Positions 1 through 11,998 of a stretch of 64,000 nt of DNA are shown piece by piece. Origin of the DNA: the human T2T-CHM13v2.0 reference genome, Homo sapiens; NCBI RefSeq assembly GCF_009914755.1, contig NC_060936.1; one strand, 5' to 3'. A program made the position numbers and the translations under genes. The notes under the pieces were generated by a model, which was not told where the DNA came from, searched no databases, and worked only from the letters and a program-made list of their open reading frames with translations. Each line of letters starts with the position of its first letter. The stretch's first letter is position 1.

Positions 1-3000
1 AACATCATGAAGAAGTTCCTCAGAGCGCTTCCGTGTAGTTTTTATGTGAAGATATTTCCTTTTCCATGAAAGGCCTCAAAGTGCTCCAAATATTGACTTG
101 CAGATCTACAAAAAGAGTGTTTCAAAACTGCTCAATCAAAAGAAAAATCAGACTCTGTGAGATGAATGGACACATCACAAAGAAGTTTCTGAGAATGCTT
201 GTGTGTAGTTTCTATGTGAAGATATTTCCTTTTCCAATATAGACCTCAAAACCCTCCCAATATCCACTTACAGATTTTATAAAAAGAGTGTTTCAAAACT
301 GCTCAATCAAAAGAAAGCTTTAACTCTGTTAGATGAATGCATACATCACAAAGAAGTTTCTCAAAATGCTTCTGTGAAGTTTTTATGTGACGATATTTCC
401 TTTTCCACCATAGGCCTCAAAGGGCTTCAAATATCCTGTTGCAGATTCTATAGAAAGAGTGTTTCCAAGCTGCCCAATCGAAAGACGGTTTTAACTCTGT
501 GAGATGAATGCACACATCACAAAGAAGCTTCTGAGAATGCTTCTCTGCAGTTTTAATGTGAAGATATTTCCTTTTCCACAAATTGCCTCAAAGTGCTTCA
601 CAAATCCACTTGCAGATTCTATAAAAGAGTGTATCAAAACTGCTCAATCAAAAGAAAGGTTACGATCTGTGAGTTGAATGCACACATCACAAAGATGTTT
701 CTCAGAATGCTTCTATGTAGTTTTTATGTGAAGACATTTCCTTTTCCACAATTGACCTCAAAGGGCTCCAAATATCCACTTGCAGATTCTATAAAAAGAG
801 GGTTTATAAATTGCTCAGTCAAAAGAAAGTTTGAACTCTGTAAAATGAATGCACACATCACAAAGAAGTTTCTCAGAATGCTTTTGTGTAGTTGTTATGT
901 GAAGATATTTCCTTTTCCATGATGGGCCTCAAAGCGGTCCAAATATCTACTTGCAGATTCTAAAAAAAGTGTGTTTCCAAACTGCTCAAGCAAAAGAAAG
1001 GTTCAACTCTCTGAGATGAATGCACACATAACAAGTAAGTTTCTGAGAATGCTTCTGTTGCTTTCATGTGAAGATGTTTCCTTTTCCACAATAGGCCTCA
1101 AAGCGCTTCAAATATCCAATTGCAGATTCTATAAAACTAGTGTTTCAAAACTGCTCAATCAAAAGGAAGGTTCAACTCTGTGAGATGAATGCACACATCA
1201 CAAAGAAGGATCTCTGAATGCTTCTGTGTGGTTTTTATGTGAAGGTATTTCCCTTTCCAAAAAATGACACAAAGGGCTTCAAATATCCACTTGCAGATTC
1301 TACCAAAAGAGAGATTCAAAACTGCTCAATCAAAAGATAGGTTCAATTCTGTGAGTTGAATGCACACATCAAAAATAAGTTTATCAGAATTCTTCTGTGT
1401 AGTTTTCATGAGAAGATATTTGCTTTTCCAACGTAGGCCTCATAGCACTCCAAATATCCTATTGAAAATTCTACAAAAAGAGTGTTTCCAAACTGCTCAA
1501 TCAAAGAAAGGTTCAACTCTGTGAGATGAATGCATACATCACAAATAAGTTTCTGAGAATGCTGATGTGTAGTTTTAATTTTAAGATATATCCTTTTCCA
1601 CAAAAGGCCTCAAAGCCCTTCCCATATCCACTTGCAGATAATATAAAAAGAGTGCTTCAAAACTGCTCAATCAAAAGAAAGGTTCAACTCTGTGAGTTGA
1701 ATGCACACATTACAAACTACTTTCTGGGAATGCTTCTGTCTAGTTTTATGTGAAGACATTTCCTTTTCCACCCTAGGCCTCAAAAAGATCCAAATATCGA
1801 CTTGCAGACTCTACAGAAAGTGCGTTTCAAAACTGCTCAATCTAAAGAAAAGTTCACATCTGTGAGTTGAATGCACACATCACAAAGATGTTTCTGAGAA
1901 TTCTTCTGTCCAGTTTAAATGTGAAGATATTTCCTTCTCCAACATAGGCCTCAAAGCGCTAAAAATATCGACTTGCAGATTCTATAAAAAGAGAGTTTCA
2001 AAATGCTCTATCAAAAGAAAGGTTCAACACTGTGAGTTGAATGCACAAATCACAAAGAAGTTTCTGAAAATGCTTCTGGGCGTTTTTATGTGAAGATACT
2101 TCTTTCTTTTAAACCATAGGCCTCAAAGCGCTCCAAATATCCACTTGCAGATTCTACAAAAAGTGTTTCAAAACTGTTCAATCAAAAGAAGGATTAAACT
2201 CTGTGAGTTGAATGCGCACGTCACAAAGAAGTTTCTGAGAATGCTTCTGTCTAGTTTTTATAAGAAGGTATTTCTTTTTCCACCATAGGCCTCAAAGCAC
2301 TCCAAATATCCACTAGCAGATTCTACAAAAAGAATGTTTCAGAATTCCTCAATCAAAAGAGCCATTTAACTCTGTGAGTTCAATGCAAACATCACAAAAA
2401 TGTTTCTTAGAATGCTTCTGGCTAGTTTTTATGCAAAGATATTTCTTTTTCCACCATTGGCCACAAAATGCTAAAAATATCCACTTGCAGACTCTACAAA
2501 AAGAGCGTTTGAAAACTGCTCTTTCAAAAGAAAGGTTAAACTCTGTGAGTTGAATGCACACATTACAAAGAAGATTCTGAGAATGGTTCTTTCTAGTTTT
2601 TATGTGAAGATGTTTCCTTTTCCACCCTAGGCCTCAGAATGCTCCAAATATACACTTCCAGACACTACAGAAAGTGCTTTTCAAAACTGCTCAATCAAAA
2701 GAAAGGTTCAGCTCTGTGAGTTGAATGTAGACATCACAAAGAAGTTTATGAGACTGCTTCTGTCTAGTTTTTGTGTGAAGATGTTTCCACTTCAACTATA
2801 GACCTCAAAGCACTCCAAATATCCACTTACAGTTTCTACAAAAAGAGTATTTCAAACTGCTCAATCAAAAGAAAGGTTCAACTCAGTGAGTTGAATGCAC
2901 ACATCACAAAGAAGTTTCTGAGAATACTTCTGTCTAGTTTTTATATGAAGATATTTCCTTTTCCACCTTATGCCTCAAGTTGCTCCAAATATCCACTTGC

Positions 3001-6000
3001 AGATTCTACATAAAGAGTTTTTCAAAACTGCTCAATCAAAGGAAAGGATCAACTCTGTGAGCTGAATGCACACATCAGTAAGAACTTTCTGAGAATGCTT
3101 CTATCTAGTATTTATGTGAAGATATTTCGTTTTTCACCATAGACCTGAAAGTACTCCAAATATCCACTTGCAGATTCCACAAAAAGAAAGTTTCAAATCT
3201 GCTCAATCAAAAGAAAGTTTAAACTCTGGGAGTTGAACGCCCATATCACAAAGTAACTTCTGAGAATGCTTCTTTCTTGTTTTTAGCTTAAGTTATTTCC
3301 TTTTCCACCATAGTCCTCAAAGCGCTCCCAATATCCACTTGCAGATTCTACAAGAAGTGTGTTCCAAAACTGATCTATCAAAAGAAAAATAAAACTCTGT
3401 GAGCTGAATGCACACATCACAAAGAAGTTTCTGAGACTGCTTCTGTCTAGTTTTTATGCAAAGCTATTTCCTTTTCCACTACTGGCCTTAAAGCCCTCCA
3501 AATATCCATTTGCAGATTCTACAAACAGAGTGTTTCAAAACTGCTCTATCAAAGGAAAGGTTCAACTTTGTGAGTTGAATTCATACATCACAAAGTAGCT
3601 TCTGAAAATGCTTCTGTCTTATTTTTATGTGAAGATATTTGCTTTTGCAGCATAGGCCTCAAAGCACTCCAAATATCCACTTGCAGATCCTACAAAAAGA
3701 GTGTTTTAAACCTGCTCTATCAAAAGAAAGGTTCAACTCTGTGAGTTTAATGCACACATCCCAAAGAACTTACTGAGAATGGGTCTGCATAGTTTTTATG
3801 TGAAGATATTTCCTCTTCAACCATAGGCCTCTAGGTACTCCAAATATACACTTGCAGATACTACAAAAAGAGTGTTTCAAACTGCTCCATCAAAAGAAAG
3901 GTTCAACTCTGTGACTGAAATGCCCACATCACAAAGAAGTTTCCCAGAATGCTTCTGTGTAGTTTTTATGTGAAGATATTTTTTTTTCCACCACTGGCCT
4001 CAAAGCGCTCCAAATATCCACTTGCAATTACTAACAAAAGAGTGTTTCAAAACTGCTCTATCAAAAGAAATGTTCAGCTCTGTGAGTTGAATGCACACAT
4101 CAAAAACTGTTTCTGAGAATACTTCTGTCTGGCCTTTATGTGAAGACATTTTCTTTTCCACTGTAAGCCTCATAGCGCTCCAAATATCCACAAGCAGATT
4201 CTACAAAAACGTTGTTTGAAACTGCTCTAACAAAAGAAATATTCAACACTGTGATTTAATGCACACATCACAAAGAAGTTTCATAAATTGCTTCTGTCTA
4301 GTTTTTGTGAAGATATTTCCTTATCCATGGAAGGCCTCAAAGTGCTCCAAATATCCACCTGCAGATTCTACAAAAAGACTGCTTCAAAACTGCTCTGTCA
4401 AAAGGAAGGTTAAACGCTGTGTGTTGAATGCACACATCACAATGAAGTTTCTGAGAATGCTTCTGTCTAGTTTTTTTGGGAAGATATTTCCTTTTCTACC
4501 GTAGGCCTCAAAGCACTCAAAATATCCACTTGCAGAGTCTAGAAAAAGAGTGTTTCAAAACTGCTGTATCAAAAGAAAGGTTCAACTCTGTTAGTTGAAT
4601 ACACACCTCATGAGGAAGTTTCTGAGAATGCTTCCGTCTAGTTTTTATGTGAAGATATTTCCTTTTCCACCATTGGACTCAAAGCACTCTAAATATCCAC
4701 TTGCAGATTCTACAAAAAGAGTGTTTCTAAACTGCTCCATTAAAAGAAAGGTTCAACTATTTGTGTTGAATGCACACGTCACAAACAAGTTTCTTAGAAT
4801 GATTCGTCTACTTTTCTTGTGAAGATATTCCCTCTTCCACCATAGGCCTCAACGTACTCCAAATAGCCACTTGCAGATATTGCTAAGAGTGCTTAAAAAC
4901 TGCTTTATCCAATGAAAGGTTCGACTCTGTGAGTTGAAAGCACACATCACAAAGAAGTATCTGAGAATGCTTCTGTCCACTTTTTATTTGAAGATATTTC
5001 ATTTTACAACATAGGCCTCAGAGCACTCCAAATATCCAATTTCAGACTCTACAAAAAGAATGTTTCATAACTGCTCTATCCAAAGAAAATTTCAGCTCTG
5101 CGAGTTCAATGCACACATCCCAAAGAGTTTCTGAGAACACCTCTGTCTACTTTTTATGTGAAGATAATTCCTTTCTACCATATGCCTCAAAGCACTCAAA
5201 ATATCCACTGGCAGTTTCTACAAAGAGAGTGTGTGAAAACTGCTCTATCAAAACAAAGGTTTAGCTCTGTGAGTTAAATAAGCAAATCTCAAAGGTGTTT
5301 CTGAGAATGCTTCTGCCTAGTTTTTATGTGAAGATATTTCCTTTTCCACCATAGGCTTCAAAGTGCTCAAAATATCCACTTGCAGATTCTACCAAAACAG
5401 GTTTTCTAAACTGCTCTATCAAAATAACGTTTCAACTCTGTGTGTTGAATGCACACATCACAAAGAAGTTTCTGAGAATGTTTCTGTCTGGTTTTTATGT
5501 GAAGATATTTCGTTATATACCATAGGCCTCAAAGCACTCCAAATATCCACTTGCATATTCTACAAAAAGAGTGTTTCAAACTCCTCAATGAAAACAATGG
5601 TTTAAATCCGTGAGTTGAATGCACACATCACAAAGAAGTTTCTGAGAATGCTTCTGTCTAGTTTTTATGTGAAGACAGTTCCTTTTCCACCATTGGCCCC
5701 AATGTGTAAAAAATATCCAATTGCAGATTCTACAAAAAAGGTGTTTCAAAACTGCTCTATCAAAAGAAAGGTTCAACTCTGTGAGTTGAATGTACACATC
5801 ACAAAGAAGTTTATTAGTTTGTTTCTGTCTAGTTTTTATGTGAAGATATTTCCTTTTCCACCGTAGGACTCAAAGCACTCCAAATATCCACTTGCAGATT
5901 CTACAAAAAGAGAGTTCCTAAACTGCTCCATCAAAAGAACGGTTCAAATCTATGAGTTGAATTCACACATCACAAAGAAGTTGCCGAGAATGATTCTGTC

Positions 6001-9000
6001 TAGTTTTTATGTGAAGATATTTCCTTTTTCACCATTGGACTCTAAGCGCTAAAACTATCCATTTGCAGATTCTACAAATAGAGTGTTTTAAATCTGCTCT
6101 ATCAAAAGGAAAGTTCAACTCTGTCACTTGAATGCACCCATCACAAAGTAGTTTCTGAGAATGTTTCTGTTTAGTTTTTATGTGAAGATATTTCCTTTTC
6201 CACCATAGGCCTCAAAGTGCTTCAATTATCCACTTGCAGATCCTACAAAAAGAGTGTTTCAAAACTGCTAAATCAAAGGAAAGTTTCAGCTCTGTGATTT
6301 GAATGCACACATCACAAAGTAGTTTCTGACAATGCTTCTGTCTAGTTTTTATGTGAAGATATTTCCTTTTCCACCATAGGCCTGAAAGCTCTCCAAATAT
6401 CCACTTGCAGATTCCACAAAAAGAGTCATTCATAACTGCTCTATCAAAAGAAAGGTTCAACTCTGTGAGTTGAATGCACACATCACAAAGCCGTTTCTGA
6501 GAATGCTTCTTTCTAGTTTTTAGGTGAAGACATTTCCTTTTCCACCATTGGCACCAAAGTGCTACAAATATCCACTTGTGGATTCTATAAAAAGATTGTT
6601 TCAAAACCACTCTATCAAAGGAAAGGTTCAACTCTGTGAGTTGAATGCACACATCACAAAGAAGTTTCTGAGATTGTTTCTGTCTAGTTTTTATGTGCAG
6701 ATGTATCCTTTTCCACCATAGGACTCAAAGTGCTCCAAATAACCACTTGCAAATTCTACAAAAAGAGTGTTTTTAAACTGCTCCATCAAAAGATAGGTTC
6801 AACTCTGTGAGTTGAATTCACACATCACAAAGTTGCTGAGAATGCTTCTGGCAGGTTTTTATTTGAAGGTATTTCCTTTTCCACCATTGGACTCAAACCG
6901 TTAAAACTATGCACTTGCAGATTCTACAAATAGTGTATTTTAAAACTGTTCTATCAAAAGAAAGGTTCAAATCTCTCAGTTGAATGGACACATCACTAAG
7001 TAGTTTCTGAGAATGCTTCTGTCTAGTTTTTATGTGAAGATATTTCCTTTTCCACCATAGGCCTCAAAGAGGTGTGATTATCCACTTGTAGTTTCTACAA
7101 AAAGCGTCTTTCAAAACTGCTCAATCAAAAGAGAGCTTCCACAGTGTGAGTTGAATGTGCAAATCAAAAAGAACTTTCTGAGAATGCTTCTGTCTAGTTT
7201 TTATGTGAAGATATTTCTTTTTCCACAGTAGGCCTCAAAGCGCTCCAAAGATAAGATTCCAGATTACACAAAAAGTGTGCTTCAAAACTGCTCTTTCAAA
7301 AAAAAGGTTCAACTCTGTGAGTTGAATTCACACATCACAAAGAAGTTTCTGAGAATTCTTTTGTCTGGTTTTTATCTGAAGATCTTTCTTTTTCCACCAT
7401 AGATCTCAAAGCCCTCCAAATATCCAGTTACAGATTCTACAAAAAGAGTGTTTCAAAATTGCTCAATCAAAAGAAAGTTTCAACACTGTGAGATGAATGC
7501 TCACATCACAAAGAAGTTTCAGAGAATGTTTCTGTTTTTTTGTTGAAGGTATTTCCTTTTCCACAGTAGGCCTCAAAGCGCTCTAAATATGCACTTGCAG
7601 ACCCTACAAAAACACTGTTTCAAAACTGCTCTATCAAAAGAACAGTTCATCTCTGTGAGTTGAATGCACACATCACAAAGAAGTTTATGAGAATGCTTCT
7701 ATCTAGTTTTTATGTGAAGATATTTCCTTTTCCACTGTATTATTCAAAGCACTCCAAATATCCAGTTGCAGATTCAACAAAAAGTGTGTTTCAAAACTGC
7801 TGATTCAAAAGAAAGATTCAACTCTGTGACTTGAGGGCACACATCACAAAGAAGTTTCTGAGATTGTTTCTGTCTAGTTTTTATGTAAAGATTTTTCCTT
7901 TTCCAGCATAGGACTCAAAGCACTCCAAATATCCACTTGCATATTCTACAAAAAGAGTGTTTCTAAAGTACTCCATCAAAAGAAAAGTTCAACTCTGTGA
8001 GTTGAATTCACGCATCACAAAGAAGTTGCTGAGAATGCTTCTGTCTCATTTTTATTTGAAGATATTTCCTTTTCCACCTTTGGACTTAAAGCACTAAAAC
8101 TATCCACTTGCAGATTCTACAAAAACACTGTTTCAAAACTGGCCTATCAAAGGAAAGGTTCATCTCTGAGAGTTGAATGTATGCATCACAAAGAAGTTTC
8201 TGAGATTGTTTCTGTCTAGTTTTTATGTGAAGATACTTCCTTTTCCACCATAGGACTCAAAGCACTCCAAATATCCACTTCCAGATTCTACAAAAGAGAG
8301 TTCCTAAACTGCTCCATCAAAAGAGTGGTTTAACTCAGTGAGTTGAATTCACACATCATAAAGAAGTTGCCGAGAATGATTCAGTCTAGTTTTTATGTGA
8401 AGATATTTCCTTTTTCACCATTGGACTCTAAGCGCTAAAACTATCCACTTGCAGATTCTACAAAAAGAGTGTTTTAAATCTGCTCTATCAACAGAAAGGT
8501 TCAACTCTGTCACTTGAATGAACCCATCACAAAGTAGTTTCTGAGAATGCTTCTGTTTAGTTTTTATGTGAAGATATTTCCCTTTCCACCATAGGCCTCA
8601 AAGCACTTCAATTATCCACTTGCAGATCCTACAAAAAGAGTGTTTCAAAACTGCTAAATCAAAGGAAAGGATCAACTCTGTGAGTTGAATGCACACATCA
8701 CAAAGAAGTTTCTGAGATTGCTTCTGCTGGTTTTTTATGAAGATATTCCCGTTTCCAACAAAGGCCACAGAGAGCTCCAAATATCCACTAGCAGATTCTA
8801 CAAAAGGAGTGTTTCAAAACTGCTCTATCAAAAGAAAGGTTCAACTTTCTTGCTTGAATGCACACATCACAATGGAGTTTCTGAAAATTCTTCAGTCTAG
8901 TTTTTATGTGAAGATATTTCCTTTTCCACCATAGGCCTCAAGTCGATCCAAATATACACTTGCAGATTCCACAAAAACGTTTCAAAACTGCTCTCTCAAA

Positions 9001-9085
9001 AGGAAGGTTGAATTCTGTGAGTTGAATGCACACATCACAAAGCAGTTTCTCAGAATGTTACTGTCTAGTTTTTATGTGAAGATAT

Positions 9086-9102
9086 TCCCGTATCCAACGA
9101 AG
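9086..9102 (-). promoter_or_regulatory. CENP-B box, core intact (CTTCGTTGGATACGGGA)
   Basis: tcccgtatccaacgaag; the reverse complement fits the NTTCGNNNNANNCGGGN core. Confidence 0.85.
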
Positions 9103-9937
9103 GCCTCAAAGAGCTCCAAATATCCACAAGCAGATACTGCAAAAGGAGAGTTTCAAAACTGCTCTATCAAAACAAAGGTTCAACTCTGTGAGTTGAATGC
9201 ACACATCACAAAGAATTTTCTGAGCATGCTTCAGTCTAGTTTTTATGTGAAGATATTTCCTTTTCCACCATAGGCCTCAAAGCACTCAAAATGAACACTG
9301 GCAGATTATACCGAAAGAAAGTTTCAAATCTGCTCTATCAAAAAAAAGGTTCAACTCTGTGAGATGAATGCATAAATCACAAAGAAGTTTCTGAGAATGA
9401 TTCTGTCTAGTTTTTATGTGAAGATATTTCCTTGTCCACTATAGGCGTCAGTGTGCTCCCAATGAACACTTTCAGATTCTACAAAAAGAGTGTTTCTAAA
9501 CTGATCTATCAAAAGCATGGTTCAACTCTGTGAGTTGAATTCACACATCACAATGCAGTATCTCAGAATGCTTCTATCTAGATTTATGTGAAGTTTTTCC
9601 CATATCCAACGAAGGACTCAAAGACCTCCAAATATCCACTAGCCGATTCTACAAAAGGAGTGTTTCAAATCTGCTCTATCAAAAGAAAAGTTCAACTCTG
9701 TGAGTTGAATGCACACATCACAAAGAAGTTTCTGAGAATTCTTCTGTCTAGTTTTATATGAAGATATTTCCTTTTGCACCATAGGCCTCAAATCGCTCCA
9801 AATATCCACTTGCAGGTGCTACAAATAGACTGTTTCAAAACTCCTCTCTCAAAAGGAAGATTAAACTCTGTGAGTTGAAGTCACACATCAAAAAAGAATT
9901 TCTGAGAATGCTTCTGTCTAGTTTTATGTGAAGATAT

Positions 9938-9954
9938 TCCCGTATCCAACGAAG
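9938..9954 (-). promoter_or_regulatory. CENP-B box, core intact (CTTCGTTGGATACGGGA)
   Basis: tcccgtatccaacgaag; the reverse complement fits the NTTCGNNNNANNCGGGN core. Confidence 0.85.
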
Positions 9955-10791
9955 GACTCAAAGAACTCCAAATATCCACTAGCAGATTCTACAAAAGGAG
10001 TGTTTCAAAACTGTTCTATCAAAACAAAGGTTCTACTCTGTTAGTTGAATGCACACATCACAAAGAAATTTCTGAGCATGCTTTGGTCTAGTTTTTATGT
10101 GAAGATATTTCCTTTTACAACATAGGCCTCAAATCACTCCAAATATCCACTTGCAGATTCTACAAAAAGACTATTTCAAAACTGCTCTCTCATCAAAAGC
10201 AAGATTCAACTCTGTGAGTTGAATGCACACATCACAAAGAAGTTTCTGAGAATGCTTCTGTCAAGTTTTTATGTGAAGATATTTCCTTTTCCATTATAGA
10301 CCAAAGCGCTCCAAATTAACAGTTGCAGATTCTTCAAAAAGAGTGTTTCAAAACTGCTCTAGCAAACGAAAGGTTCAACTCAGTGAGTTGAATGCACACA
10401 TCACGAAGAAGTTCCTGAGAATGCTTCTGTCTTGTTTTTATGTGAAGATATTTCCTTCTCCACCAAAGGCCTTAAATCTCTCCAAATATCTACTTACAGA
10501 TTCTACAAAAAGACTGTTTCACAACTGCTCTATCAAAAGAAAGATTCAACTCTGTGAATTGAACACACACATCACAAAGGTGTTTCTGAGAATGCTTCTG
10601 TCAAGTTTTTATGTGAAGATATTGCCTTTCCTACCATAGTCCTCAAAGCGCTCCAAATGAACACCTGCTGATTCTATAAAAAGGGGGTTTCAAAACTGCT
10701 CTATCAATAGAAAGGTTCAACTCTGTGAGTTCAATGCACACATCCAAAGAGCTTTCTGAGAATGCTTCTGTTTATTTTTATGTGAAGGTAT

Positions 10792-10808
10792 TCCCGTTTC
10801 CAACGAAG
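10792..10808 (-). promoter_or_regulatory. CENP-B box, canonical
   Basis: tcccgtttccaacgaag is the exact reverse complement of CTTCGTTGGAAACGGGA. Confidence 0.93.
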
Positions 10809-11303
10809 GCCTCAAAGAGCTCCAAGTATCCACTAGCAGATTCTACAAAAGGAGTGTTTCAAATATGCTCTATCAAAAGAAACGTTCAACTCTGTTAGTT
10901 GAATGCACACATCACAAAGAAGAATCTGAGAATCCTTCTGTCTAGTTTTTCTGTGAAGATATTTTTTTTATCCACCATAGGCCTCAAATCACTCCAAATA
11001 TCCACTTGTAGATTCTACAAAAAGAATGCTTCAAAACTGCTCTGTCAAAAGGAAGGTTCAACTCTGTGAGTTGAATGCGCACATCACAAATAATTTTCTG
11101 AGAATGCTTCTGTCTAGATTTTATGTGAAAATATTTCCTTTTCCACCATAGACCTGAAAGTGCTCCAAATGAACACTTACAGGTTTACAAAAAGAATGTT
11201 TCAACACTGCTCTATGAAAAGAAAGGTTCACCTCTGTGAGTTGAATTCACACATCACAAAGAAGGTTCTAATATTACTTCTGCTGGTTTTTATATGAAGA
11301 TAT

Positions 11304-11320
11304 TCCCGTTTCCAACGAAG
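11304..11320 (-). promoter_or_regulatory. CENP-B box, canonical
   Basis: tcccgtttccaacgaag is the exact reverse complement of CTTCGTTGGAAACGGGA. Confidence 0.93.
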
Positions 11321-11645
11321 CCTACAAGGAGCTCCAAATATCCACTAGCAGATTCTACAAAAGGACTGTTTCAAAACTGCTCTATCAAAAGAAAGGTTCA
11401 ACTTTTTTGCTTGAATGCACACATCACAAAGGAGTTTATCAGAATGCTTCTCTCTAGTTTTTATGTGAAGATATTTCCTTTTCCACCATAGGCCTCAAAG
11501 CACTCCAAATATCCACTTGCAGATTCTACAAAAAAGCTGTTTCAAAACTGCTTTCTCAAAAGGAAGTTTGAACAATGTGAGTTGAATGTACACATCACTA
11601 AGAAGTTTCTCAGAATCCTTCTGTCTAGTTTTTATGTGAAGATAT

Positions 11646-11662
11646 TCCCGTATCCAACGAAG
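11646..11662 (-). promoter_or_regulatory. CENP-B box, core intact (CTTCGTTGGATACGGGA)
   Basis: tcccgtatccaacgaag; the core positions are retained. Confidence 0.85.
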
Positions 11663-11981
11663 GCCTCAAAGAGCCCCAAATATCCACTAGCAGATTCTGC
11701 AAAAGGAGTGTTTCAAAACTGCTCTATCAAAACAAAGGTTCAACTCTTTGAGTTAAATGCACACATCACAAAGTAGTTTCTGAGAATAATTCTACTTTTA
11801 TATGGAGATACTTCCTTTTCCAACACAGGCCTCAAATCATTCCAAATATCCACCTGCAGATTCTTCAAAAAGACTGTTTCAAAACTCCTCTCTCAAAAGG
11901 AAGGTTCAACTCTGTGACTTGAATGCACACATTACAAAGAATTTCTGAGAATTCTTAGTTCTAATTTTTATGTGAAGATAT

Positions 11982-11998
11982 TCCCGTTTCCAACGAAG
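11982..11998 (-). promoter_or_regulatory. CENP-B box, canonical
   Basis: tcccgtttccaacgaag is the exact reverse complement of CTTCGTTGGAAACGGGA. Confidence 0.93.
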
